The notes under the pieces are model-generated. The model was not told where the DNA came from and ran no database searches. It saw only the letters and a list, made by a program, of their open reading frames with translations. The position numbers and the translations under genes are program-made. A stretch of 63,963 bases of DNA, filler included, from Thraustochytrium aureum (lineage: Eukaryota), in assembly GCA_012862495.1 (NCBI GenBank). It is 5 parts of 3 records of this genome, joined end to end, with 100 filler letters (N's around TTAATTAATTAA, not from the genome) between each part and the next. Parts side by side here need not be neighbours in the genome. Positions count along the whole stretch, not along the records: positions 1 to 16,880 come from BLSG01000114.1; positions 16,981 to 30,064 come from BLSG01000114.1; 3 more parts are not named here. The stretch is one strand, 5' to 3'. Numbering within the stretch: position 1 is the stretch's first letter; every line of letters starts with the position of its first letter. Positions 10,994 to 21,722 of the stretch are shown one piece after another.

Positions 10994-12361
10994 CTAAAGC
11001 CGCGCAGTGTTTGCGCTCCACGCAGGCTCGACGTGTGACAAGTTTATGTCTGAGAGGGCGCGGCAGCCGGCCAGCTGCATCGTCGTTCGCAGCTCTTGGG
11101 CCAGCAGGGCAAGGCACCGCGAAACGCCATCCTCCCCGCCGATGCCCAGAGCGTACAGCACTGGGCGGCCAATAAAGACGCCAGAGCAGCCAAGCGCCAA
11201 CGCGCGAAACACGTCCTTGCCCCGCCGCACACCACCGTCCACAAAGACGTGGCACCCAGAGCCACGGAGCGCCTTGGCACATCGTGCAGCTGCCAAGGCG
11301 GTGCTGATCGTCCCGTCGAGCTGCCGCCCGCCGTGATTTGAAACGACCACACCCTGCACCTTGGCGCCAAGTGCAAGCACAGCGTCACGCTCAGACATGA
11401 TCCCTTTCACAAGGAGGGCCAAGCCGCGGCTGTTGGCTTCGGCGCGCAGCCAAGCCACGTCGTCCCAAGTAGCGCGCTGGGCGTTGCCAGGGTGCGCGCC
11501 GAGTCCAGCGACGCCCTCGAGCGCGCGCGGGCGGGGCATGCCGCACATTGGTCGCGCANNNNNNNNNNNNNNNNNNNNNNNNNNNNNNNNNNNNNNNNNN
11601 NNNNNNNNNNNNNNNNNNNNNNNNNNNNNNNNNNNNNNNNNNNNNNNNNNNNNNNNNNNNNNNNNNNNNNNNNNNNNNNNNNNNNNNNNNNNNNNNNNNN
11701 NNNNNNNNNNNNNNNNNNNNNNNNNNNNNNNNNNNNNNNNNNNNNNNNNNNNNNNNNNNNNNNNNNNNNNNNNNNNNNNNNNNNNNNNNNNNNNNNNNNN
11801 NNNNNNNNNNNNNNNNNNNNNNNNNNNNNNNNNNNNNNNNNNNNNNNNNNNNNNNNNNNNNNNNNNNNNNNNNNNNNNNNNNNNNNNNNNNNNNNNNNNN
11901 NNNNNNNNNNNNNNNNNNNNNNNNNNNNNNNNNNNNNNNNNNNNNNNNNNNNNNNNNNNNNNNNNNNNNNNNNNNNNNNNNNNNNNNNNNNNNNNNNNNN
12001 NNNNNNNNNNNNNNNNNNNNNNNNNNNNNNNNNNNNNNNNNNNNNNNNNNNNNNNNNNNNNNNNNNNNNNNNNNNNNNNNNNNNNNNNNNNNNNNNNNNN
12101 NNNNNNNNNNNNNNNNNNNNNNNNNNNNNNNNNNNNNNNNNNNNNNNNNNNNNNNNNNNNNNNNNNNNNNNNNNNNNNNNNNNNNNNNNNNNNNNNGGTC
12201 GTCGCCGCGGTCCATCCGGCGTCCCGCGCGCGACTCGAAAGCTTCCTTCTCGCCGCCGCCCGCACCGGGCGCGTTTTCCCGGCGGCCGGCGCAGCGCCGC
12301 TGAAAAACAAGCGCTCGAAATCGACCGCGCCGCTGCGCGCGCGCTGCGGAGCGCCGGGCAT
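10994..12361 (-). CDS. FMN-dependent alpha-hydroxy acid oxidase (glycolate oxidase/HAO family), peroxisomal; middle in N gap, 5' boundary uncertain
   Basis: TWDDVAWL, LLVKGI, VVSNHGGRQLD, VFVDGGVRRGKDVFRALALG, IGRPVLYAL, ELRTTMQLAG (10994-11558); ends in -ARL, a PTS1-type signal. Confidence 0.9.
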   Translation of the reverse strand: MPGAPQRARSGAVDFERLFFSGAAPAAGKTRPVRAAARRKLSSRARDAGWTAATTXXXXXXXXXXXXXXXXXXXXXXXXXXXXXXXXXXXXXXXXXXXXXXXXXXXXXXXXXXXXXXXXXXXXXXXXXXXXXXXXXXXXXXXXXXXXXXXXXXXXXXXXXXXXXXXXXXXXXXXXXXXXXXXXXXXXXXXXXXXXXXXXXXXXXXXXXXXXXXXXXXXXXXXXXXXXXXXXXXXXXXXXXXXXXXXXXXXXXXXXXXXXXXXXXXXXXARPMCGMPRPRALEGVAGLGAHPGNAQRATWDDVAWLRAEANSRGLALLVKGIMSERDAVLALGAKVQGVVVSNHGGRQLDGTISTALAAARCAKALRGSGCHVFVDGGVRRGKDVFRALALGCSGVFIGRPVLYALGIGGEDGVSRCLALLAQELRTTMQLAGCRALSDINLSHVEPAWSANTARL

Positions 12362-12616
12362 TGCGTCCCGAGCGGTCGGTCCTCAACACTCGCGAGACAT
12401 TCTCGGCGCATTCTTCGCGCAAATGGGACGCCAGAGCCCCAACTCTTGCCCGCCGCGCGCAGGGCAGGCCGCGACCTGCTGCCTGCTCGAGGGCGCACGA
12501 CGCTGCTGGCGCTGCATTGGCGCTCTCGCTGGGCCGGGCTCGGAGAGTTTGGTCTACTCGGCGAGGTCTGATCAGATCCGAGTTGATCGAGTTGGTTTGA
12601 TCCGATCGGGGCGGCG

Positions 12617-13618
12617 ATGATGGGGTCGCTCGTGGAGCTGGTCGGCGGACGCGGCGCGGCGCAGGGCGCTCGCATGGGGCGGGCGCACGGGGTGGTCGTG
12701 GTTGCTGCGAGTGCGCCAAGGACGGCGGCGCAGGTCGGGGAGATTGACCTGGACGACTTGTCGGACCTGCTGGTGAACCAGTTGCACGAGACGTATATGG
12801 AAGAGGAGAGCAGGCCGCGACCGATTTCGCGCAGGTTTTTGAAGACGATGCAACTCGAACGAGGCGGGAGGAAAGGCGAGGCTTGCTCGATCTGCCTCGA
12901 GGACCACGCACGCGCGGATGAGGTTCTCCGGCTGCCGTGCGGGCACGCTTTCCACGCTCGGTGCGTGCGGCGATGGTTTGACGTGCAACACAGCTGCTGC
13001 ACATGCCGGCGCGAGTTCCCAGAGCTGACAACGGACGAAATGGACGAGCTAGAGCAGGAAGCGCTCTTGCTCGAGGCAGAAGGCGGATTGATAGCGAGCG
13101 CGGCGAGCGCGGCTGCCTTGTGCGCCGGTTACCCCACGGCACTTGCCGACCTTTTGGACTTGCACATGTCGGCAGCCAAGGCGGCGGTCGAGGGCGAGCA
13201 TGATCGCCTTTTGGGGCGTCGGCGAGGGCAGCGAACGGGGCCGCGGCGCGCGAGCTCCATCGCTGAGGAGGACCTCTTGACGCGGCTGCTCGAGCAGATG
13301 AGCGAGCTGGAGTTGCGTGAGGAGCTTGAAGAGCGGAATCGCGCGCAGCAGCGGGCCGCCGCGGGCCACAGCCCCCTTGGGGATATGGCGAGGCCGGCGC
13401 TGCACTGGAGCGAGGAGCGGTCTGCTTCCACGAGCGGGCAGGCCGACGAGGGACTGGCAGTCGTTGACTTGAACGACGTGACGGAGGAGGATCTGCGGAG
13501 CCTTTTCGTCGAGTTTGAGGTTGACGTTTCCGCGTTCCAAACGCGCGAGCAGCTTGTCGAGCTCGCGCGAATGTACTTTGGTTCGGACGCGGACGACGAT
13601 GGCGGGGCACGGTCATAA
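12617..13618 (+). CDS. RING-H2 finger protein (putative E3 ubiquitin ligase)
   Basis: CSICLEDHARADEVLRLPCGHAFHARCVRRWFDVQHSCCTCR = C3H2C3 RING; acidic coiled C-terminal half. Confidence 0.88.
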   Translation: MMGSLVELVGGRGAAQGARMGRAHGVVVVAASAPRTAAQVGEIDLDDLSDLLVNQLHETYMEEESRPRPISRRFLKTMQLERGGRKGEACSICLEDHARADEVLRLPCGHAFHARCVRRWFDVQHSCCTCRREFPELTTDEMDELEQEALLLEAEGGLIASAASAAALCAGYPTALADLLDLHMSAAKAAVEGEHDRLLGRRRGQRTGPRRASSIAEEDLLTRLLEQMSELELREELEERNRAQQRAAAGHSPLGDMARPALHWSEERSASTSGQADEGLAVVDLNDVTEEDLRSLFVEFEVDVSAFQTREQLVELARMYFGSDADDDGGARS

Positions 13619-13942
13619 TGTAAACAGACAGAGGCGGACTGCGAAGGCATAGACAGATCCATGTGCACGCACTGTGCAAAGACACTGGCCGTAAACATGT
13701 AGCAGACCCAGAGTGGCCAACTCGCGTTTTCCTTCCTTTGTCCAACCGTAATCTGTTGCTCGCTGGCCTCTGGGGGTTTTTCAAGAAGGAATGACAGTCG
13801 GAACGGGGCCTGCCAGCGGAGGTTTTCGCGCCGACAACGTCAGGTCCTTCGCGGCCGCCCGCCACCTTGAGGAAGAATGAGAAAACCCGGCGGGTGCAAC
13901 AAACCAACAAGAAATTGCTCGCATGGAGCACCCCAAGATCAT

Positions 13943-14111
13943 CGAGCGAGGCGAAACCGCCGAGGACCGACGGTCGCTCCAATAAGGCGCCCCTTGCGAG
14001 CCCCTTTCGAAGCGATTGCGGCCGCGAGCGAGGCGAAGCCACCGAGGACCGACGGTCACTCCAATAAGGCGCCCCTTGCGAGCCCCTTTCGAAGCGATTG
14101 CGGCCGCGAGC
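13943..14111. repeat. 82-bp tandem duplication (2 near-identical copies)
   Basis: CGAGCGAGGCGAA(A/G)CC(G/A)CCGAGGACCGACGGTC(G/A)CTCCAATAAGGCGCCCCTTGCGAGCCCCTTTCGAAGCGATTGCGGCCG at 13943 and 14025. Confidence 0.92.
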
Positions 14112-14406
14112 TCGGGCATTTTTTTGCGATCAGTCCTCCAACGCTTTGGTCATGGACGGGGACCGGGCGGGGGCTCAAGTGGCGTGACAAGCACAAGCGG
14201 ACTTTTTCCAGCTAGAGGTACCTCCTTTTCCGCGTTGCCTGAATGGGTTGATTCGTTTGGCACGAAGAGCTGGCGCAGTCGAGAACTTGTCATGACGGGG
14301 CCATTCAATCAAATAGCCTACAGAAGGGACACAGAAGCTGGTTGGTTGGGCTATTCAGCGGTTCAGAGACAAAAGGACATCCACAGCGAAGAGGCCGTCG
14401 GGCAGC

Positions 14407-15815
14407 TTAAAGGCTCATGGCGATGGGCTTGCGGTATTGGCCCTCGTGGTCGCCGTCCATGTCCTGGACGTACACGGCGCGCTTCATGGTCGCCTCAGTG
14501 TCGCCCACCTGGTTCTCCAACACAAAGGTCCACGACGGGCGGATCAAGCTTGGCACGTAGCTAAAGATGGTAAAGATGAGGAAGATGCCGGTCCAGGTCA
14601 GAAAGTAGACCACCTGGAACCAGGCGTCAAAGGTGGACCAGCCGTCCGTGTCTTGCAAAAAATCGTTGATGCAGGTCGCCGACCCGTCCCCTGCCATCGT
14701 TGTGTCGAGGCAGCGCACACGCGGGGCGACAACGACGTTCTCAATGATGCCAAACATGAGGAACACAAAGCTCAGCAGCACGTACGTGTCCATGTGGGTC
14801 GAGTAGCCCACCTTCGGGAGAGATTGCGAGAGCGTAAACTTGAACGCAGTGGCGGTCAGCAGGAGCGTCATGCTGAGCGACATGCGCGAGTTGACGTCCA
14901 TGGGAACCAGCGAGATGTTGCAAGCGTTGGTCGCCACGATCAGGTACAGNNNNNNNNNNNNNNNNNNNNNNNNNNNNNNNNNNNNNNNNNNNNNNNNNNN
15001 NNNNNNNNNNNNNNNNNNNNNNNNNNNNNNNNNNNNNNNNNNNNNNNNNNNNNNNNNNNNNNNNNNNNNNNNNNNNNNNNNNNNNNNNNNNNNNNNNNNN
15101 NNNNNNNNNNNNNNNNNNNNNNNNNNNNNNNNNNNNNNNNNNNNNNNNNNNNNNNNNNNNNNNNNNNNNNNNNNNNNNNNNNNNNNNNNNNNNNNNNNNN
15201 NNNNNNNNNNNNNNNNNNNNNNNNNNNNNNNNNNNNNNNNNNNNNNNNNNNNNNNNNNNNNNNNNNNNNNNNNNNNNNNNNNNNNNNNNNNNNNNNNNNN
15301 NNNNNNNNNNNNNNNNNNNNNNNNNNNNNNNNNNNNNNNNNNNNNNNNNNNNNNNNNNNNNNNNNNNNNNNNNNNNNNNNNNNNNNNNNNNNNNNNNNNN
15401 NNNNNNNNNNNNNNNNNNNNNNNNNNNNNNNNNNNNNNNNNNNNNNNNNNNNNNNNNNNNNNNNNNNNNNNNNNNNNNNNNNNNNNNNNNNNNNNNNNNN
15501 NNNNNNNNNNNNNNNNNNNNNNNNNNNNNNNNNNNNNNNNNNNNNNNNNNNNNNNNNNNNNNNNNNNNNNNNNNNNNNNNNAAACTCGTCCATCGCGCTG
15601 GGGTCTGGCTTGATCGAGGTGGTGCGAAAGTGCGTGTGGATCATGATGGCGACGTGGAAGAGCTCGTTGACATCGTCGACCGAGATGAGCCGCAGCTCGC
15701 AGGCGACGCCGCACGGCTTTTGCTCGAACTCGTTGAAGGAGACGGCGCGGTTGTGGCGCGTCGACTTGCGAGCGATGGCCTTGTGCCCGTTCACCTCGAC
15801 AGCAACCTCAGCCAT
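14407..15815 (-). CDS. Pentameric ligand-gated ion channel (pLGIC, protist Pro-loop type); much of the extracellular domain in gap
   Basis: M2-M3 region DVNSRMSLSMTLLLTATAFKFTLSQSLPKVGYSTHMDTYVLLSFVFL matches pLGIC R.S...T.LLT...F......LPK..Y.T..D. M4 follows. N-terminal LRLISVDDVNELF resembles beta1-beta2. Confidence 0.82.
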
Positions 15816-16880
15816 CGTGCCTGGAAAGGAAAGACTGTTCGCGCCCGCCCGGTGTCCAACAGCTAGCTCTAAAGCTCCTGCGTCGGTTGGTCAGCGGTGG
15901 GTGGGATGCGGTCTGCTTTCGTTGGATGGCCTGCGCAAATCGGGATCTGCTGAGCTCACCCAGCCTGCCTCGTTGACAAGAGGAAGCGCCGCAGACAAGC
16001 ACGCAAATGCGCAGGGCAGACAAGCAAGTGCTCGGCGACTAGTAGATCAGCCTCTGTCCCTCTGACACGTGTGCGCCAGAGCAGTCGAGTAGGATTTGTC
16101 TGGTCGGGTCGATCCAGGGGGCGCTGAAGGAGATCAGGATCCGATTTGCGTCGACTCGGAGCAGCACCTGGACTCGGCGAGTCCAAGCCTCCCCTGTTTC
16201 TGACTCATTTCTGGTAGATTTTTGCGAAAGTCCAGACACTGTGGCGCACCTGAAATGGATTTGTTGTTGTCCCTGGTCAATGCACCCATTCCCATCCATT
16301 CTGCGGAAGGCAAACACACTGGCACGCTTGCAACACAAGTCCAGAGGGTGCGGTCGTGAGGGGCTCGTCGAGTCGCGTGCTCCTTGGCTGAACAAAACGG
16401 CAGGGCGAGCAGCGCAACGCGCGTGGCTAAAGACGGACTCTGGGGGCGGATCTACGAAAAAAATGCGCAAGAGACATCGACGGACCGGCTCACTGGGGCG
16501 TTCGTTCGTGCGTGCACACGGTGCTCGAGCAGGCTTGTGAGGCTTCGAGATTGGAACGACAGAGCCGCCAGCACCACCGCCAACCATTCCCGACGCCAAG
16601 GAGGCCTCCTTGCTGAGTGACGCTGACAAGACTTGGCATTCAAGTTACGGGTCTGTCTGTGCACCGTTCCTCCGTTTGTGTTCGAGTGCATGGAGATCTG
16701 CGTGCTTTCGCTTGCTTTCGCCGCTGCGAAAGCTGCCAAGGAGGCCTCCGGGTGCTACCCCTCCGCGGGTGTCGCTTCCAACAGCACAACTGCAGGACGG
16801 GAGGCCTCCTTCTCTGCGCAAGGAGGTGGACTGACTGACTCGTTGACGCTGCACACCTTCCACCCGCCAACCAAACCTAG

Positions 16881-16980
16881 NNNNNNNNNNNNNNNNNNNN
16901 NNNNNNNNNNNNNNNNNNNNNNNNTTAATTAATTAANNNNNNNNNNNNNNNNNNNNNNNNNNNNNNNNNNNNNNNNNNNN
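16881..16980. other. Artificial scaffold-joining linker N44-TTAATTAATTAA-N44
   Basis: An identical 100-nt six-frame-stop cassette occurs four times in the window. Confidence 0.95.
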
Positions 16981-17658
16981 TGCTTGTTGCGATCAACCCG
17001 AATCTGATTCTGCGGTAAGTTTTTGCGTTGCGGGATTGCGCTTGCGTTGAGGGATTGCGCTTGCGTTGCGGGATCGCGCTCGGTCTAGAGTCGTTCTGTC
17101 CACCGCTCGCAAATTCCGCTTCTAATGACGAAAATACACGCTGCGTCCAACAGCGGCGTACCAGTGGGTGGTATTGTCGAGGAGTTCGTCGACTGTTGTC
17201 GTTCGGCGTCAGACCCCAACCACAAGAGCGCTTTGGTCTTTTCTTTCCTATTCGCTTCGTCGAGTGGTTTGCAGCCCTTGGATGCATCTGAGGATGAGGG
17301 GTTCAAGGCCGGCGCGGACGCCAGCGGGGTTCTGACCTTGAAGGACACTCAGGACCTTACGTGGCACGAGAGGGCTTTTCGATTTGCCGAGTTGAGTGTT
17401 CCGGCCTTTGTCATGTGCTTGAGGTCCATCTGTACACTTCTTGAGCGGGCCAACACAAGCACCGTGCCGATCTGGGACGACAAAGACTTGTGGCTGCAGA
17501 CTTGCCCGGATTCTGGTCGCGCAATGCTGCATCTTGCGCTTGACCAGGACCTTGCCTCGGATCTCGTGGATTTCCTGATGGACAAAGCGAGTGACCCGAC
17601 GATGCTTGCGCTTCTCGACACCCCGGGCTCGATCTCGGCAGCAAACACTTCGAAATGA
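16981..17658 (+). CDS. Hypothetical protein, 3' part, with intron 17015-17153
   Basis: LVAINPNLILR|GTAAGT...CTAATGAC...CAACAG|GVPVGGIVEEF... splices in frame into ORF 17125..17658; no recognisable family. Confidence 0.55.
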
Positions 17659-18052
17659 TCGTCGCGCGACATAGCTCGTGTTCACAAGAGCACTCGCTCG
17701 CGTTCGACTCGGAAACGACCTAAGAACAAAAGAAATGTTCAGGAACAACAAAACGAAAAGAGCAAAAGGAACAACGAGCAGAACGAGCCCACAAGGAACA
17801 AACCGAGGGGTTTGCGAGCCAACGGATGCATGCATCGCCGAGTGAGCGAGCGAGCGACGACGACGGGCAGGACGATGCTCCCTGCTCGATCCCTCCTCGC
17901 CTGCCGAGGCGCCGAGCTCCGCGCCATTTCGAGCTGCTCGGGAGGCGCTCGTGCGGCTGCATATTCGCCGGCTTCCTGCGGGTCGGCGCGGCCTGCGCCG
18001 CTCGGCGACTTGGCCAGGCCGCGAAGCGGCCAAACGGCGGCGGCACGAGGCC

Positions 18053-21000
18053 ATGGACTACGCTACGGTGGAGAGCTTGCTGCTGACGGCGAGCGCAGCA
18101 GATAAGGCTAATGCCGGCGCGAATGGGAGGGCGCCGAGGCGCGGCTCCGTGGGGATCCGTGGAGCCTCGTCAAGGCGGAGGCTCGTCCTGGCCAAACGAC
18201 CACGGAAGGACAGCGTGAGGTCCGGGGGGCGAAGCGGACGAGGGTGGTCGAGATCGGCGCGCATATGCCTGACGCGGAAGACAGCGAGTCGGACGGCGGC
18301 GAAATCGGGACTGAAATATTGCCCCTCGAAGGAGCGGAAACGAACACCTGCTCGAGCGAAAGTTTCGAGGCAAGCGCAGGAAGCATAGAGCTTGGCAAAG
18401 CCAACGCCAGCGACAGCTTTGCGCAGAAAGAAAGCGCCGCCCGCCTTGCCCAATCCATTGACGGCGGCGAGCCACTCGAATACCCCACCCTCAACCCTGA
18501 TGATGNNNNNNNNNNNNNNNNNNNNNNNNNNNNNNNNNNNNNNNNNNNNNNNNNNNNNNNNNNNNNNNNNNNNNNNNNNNNNNNNNNNNNNNNNNNNNNN
18601 NNNNNNNNNNNNNNNNNNNNNNNNNNNNNNNNNNNNNNNNNNCGCGGTCTAGTCTCTGGTTCCTGAATCAATCGCAGCACCGCGGAGGGCTAGACCAAGA
18701 CACGGTCTCCAGCAGCATGAGCTCTGGGCAGCGCTCTGGGCTCTCGTCAAGCTTGCAAGCAACGTCTGCAAGCGGCAGCGTCGCCTCGTACCACGACGCG
18801 CTGGAGGAAGAAAAGCGCAAAGAGCGCATCCAGCTGGACTCGGTCCAGCGCACGGAGCGCAACCGCGAGTTAACAGTGGAGCTGTTCGTTTGCGGCGCCG
18901 AAGTGGCTGACGTCACGTACGACCTCACCTCGTTCATCTACTACGTCGCATTCAACCCCGAGTGGACCTTTTTCCTTCAGCTGTACAGCATTGTGACCTT
19001 ATTCGCTACCATGGGCAGCATGTGGATGCTGCGGGCGAGACTGCGAAACATCAAGCTCGTCCGGGAAGAGCTCCGCTTCGGCATCGAGGTAGTCAAACTG
19101 CGGAAAATCAAGGTACAGCCTATGAACAACGCGGAGGAGCTCCACTGCGAGAACGGGGCGCTCATTGTGGAAAAAGCAAAGCACCCCGAGGTCGCTATCC
19201 AAAGCCTGCGCCGCGAGCGGCGCCTGCTTATTGCCAATTTGGCAGTTGCTCTTTTGGAAGACCTCATGGTCATGTTGCTCACCGTGTACCGGTTGATGTT
19301 CACCAACGAGGTTTGGACCCCCAGCTTCAAGGCGTGCATGGCCCGGTACAACAGCCCGCCCATCGTCTGCTTCAGCGAGCTGCAGATCCTTCTCGTTCTC
19401 CAGCTCACGCTCTCACTCACGATGCTCGTATTTCGCGCCAGCTACAGCCGGGACGTTTGGCGCATCGACCTCCTCATACGCACGACAAACCTCGAGCTGC
19501 TGCACCTCGCAAACCGGTCGCACTCCATCCTCGACTCGTTCCAGGACGTCAGTGACGAGGAGGTCAACGGTGTCGTTGCCATGCGCAACCTGCTGGGGGG
19601 CGCCGTGGAAGAGCTTCCCAGTGACGTGGCCGGGGACGTCAAGCTGCTCCGGTTCTTGCGCGGTAGCAAAGGAGACATTTTCACAGCGTGCATCAACTTC
19701 CGCGCCTTTCTTGAGCGACGCAGGGAGTTTGATTTGGACAAGGTCCGGGAGGCTGTGCTACGCGAGGATCGGGCACCTGGGCACTCGCCTGGATTGGCAG
19801 AGCTCCAAGAGTACATGAAGATCAATTGCTGGCTTGGTCGCAACAAACGGACGGGGAACGGGGTCTACTTTTCCTTCCTCCACCCGGACTTTTTGCGCGC
19901 CGACGAGTTGCAGGGCGCAGTCTCCGTCGATAGGTTCCAAGAGATCATGCGGGGGTGCTTTGTTTGGTACGACCTGGCGCTTGACGCGCTTTCTCGCTCA
20001 GAGCGCCGAGTGGTGTGCATGGAAGGTCTACTGCTCGCTGATACCAGCTTCTCCGTCTCGGAAGCTGTCAAGGCTGGGCGCTACCTTACTGCGCTCTACC
20101 GGATGGAGAACGAGTTGTTCCCCTCCACGTTCGGGCGCACCATTTTCGTCGGCCGGAAAGCCTTTGTGCGCGCCATCCAGCAGCTCCTCAAGCCGCTCTG
20201 GCCACAGTCCGTCGCTGCAAGCTACGTTTGCCTCCCAGCGGGCCAGGAGGGCGAGGCCCAGCTCCACACTCTGGTGTCCTCCGACGTTTTACCGCAAGTG
20301 ATGGGCGGTGCGGCTATTCGCGACGGCGACCCGACCTGTCTGATTGCCTCGCAACGCAGCCCGACGCCAAGCATCTCGACGTTTCTGGGCGCGTTCTCAG
20401 AGCTAAGCCTCTTTGCTGGGGTTGGCGCCGACGAAATCGAGCTGGTACTCGCCATGGAGCACCAGCTAAACTCGCGCGAGCACCCTGACGACGTCATGGG
20501 CGCAGTGAGGCTGTTGCGCTTCCTGCGAGCTCACCACGGCGACGTCGAAGCCGCCGTCGCCGCCGCAAAGCAGTGCCTTGCTTGGCGCAAGTTGACGCAG
20601 ATGGACGCTTCCCGTGCGCAGATGCTGCGGGAGAACTGGTCGATGGACAAGATCCCAGGCTTTGCGCGCGTCTTTCACGAGTTATTTCCTGAAAACCCGT
20701 TCCTGTGCCGCACAAGTGCAGGACACATCCTTCGCGTCGTGTATTGGTCTCACGCCGACTTTTCTGGGCTGGTGAGCCAAGTGCCCAAGCACGAGTTTTT
20801 GCGCATTGCGGCGATGCGAGCAGAGCTTGCCAACATTCTGCTCGACCGCCTCTCGCGCCAGGAGCGCCGCGTCGTTTGCATCGACAGCTTGAACGACATG
20901 CAGAGCGGAACGACCGGGGCTGCAAAGACCTTCCTGAGCCTCTACCTCAAGGACCAGGTCGACCTGATTGCCAACAACTACCCGGGGAACGATCGCGAGG

Positions 21001-21527
21001 TGCTGCTCTATGGCATCAACCAGGTCAAGCTTCGCCTGTACAATGTCGGCATGCAGATCCTCGGCAAGCACTTTGAGCGAAACGTGCGGCTCCTGCCAGA
21101 CGGAATGCCTGGCTACCGGCAGCTCGTCTCCATCATCGGCGCCACTGCGGTGCCGAAAAGCTTTGGTGGGACTGCGTCGACTCTCGCCAAAACCGGCCAC
21201 GAGGACCCCCTGTGCCTTGAAGGCCAGCGCAACCCGGCCCTTTCCGACGATTTGACGAGGTACATTTGGTCCTCCGGATGGCGCCGCTTGCAAGGCTTCG
21301 GCCGGGTGCGGGCGCGACGCGACCTTGGCGGCGCCGTCATCCCTCGAGACGACCCCAAAGAACCGCCACATCCCGTGATACCGCTTGGGCTTCAAAACCT
21401 TGTAGATCCTCAGCAGGCGCTCGGTGCGCTTCGCAATTTTCCTTTCGGTCACCGCCGCACAGCTCCGCTCGCCACACTTGACGAGTTGTGCCGGGTCAAG
21501 GGTCGCGCTTCCGCGGGGGCGGTGTGA
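18053..21527 (+). CDS. Multi-pass membrane protein with two tandem CRAL-TRIO/Sec14 domains (frameshift ~18224-18229, gap 18506-18642)
   Basis: 936-aa ORF 18717..21527 has about 4 hydrophobic segments, then DVKLLRFLRGSKGD...F.E.R..F.LD and VRLLRFLRAHHGDVE.A......WR (CRAL_TRIO_N), each followed by a Sec14-like body ending in LPQVMGG or VPKSFGG. The upstream acidic region probably joins from ATG 18053. Confidence 0.78.
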
Positions 21528-21722
21528 CAGGCTGGCTCTGGCAGGCCAGCACACTGACCAACTCACGGGGTGCGGTTCGCTATAAAGGGTTGCTTCCTTT
21601 CTCTTATCGCGCGTATTATCTATCGCAGCACGCTCGCGCCTTTGTAGGTGGCCCTGCGGCGTGCTCGTTCCGTGCGGACTCTACCTGGCTCCGAAGCGCA
21701 GCCCGCAGGCATAGGTTTTCCC

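Noticed and set aside
11391..14042. 883-aa minus-strand ORF, and similar long Arg/Ala/Pro-rich ORFs (24717..27608 5' part, 50938..52776, 52113..54179, 44690..45745)
   Set aside because: Shadow ORFs caused by high GC and read-through of N gaps. They are antisense or off-frame to well-supported genes or lack any domain signal.
16925..16936. TTAATTAATTAA (also 30109, 54511, 62204) as a biological motif or piggyBac TTAA target
   Set aside because: Always centred in exactly 44+44 N and gives stops in six frames, so it is an artificial contig linker. Gene neighbourhoods across it are meaningless.
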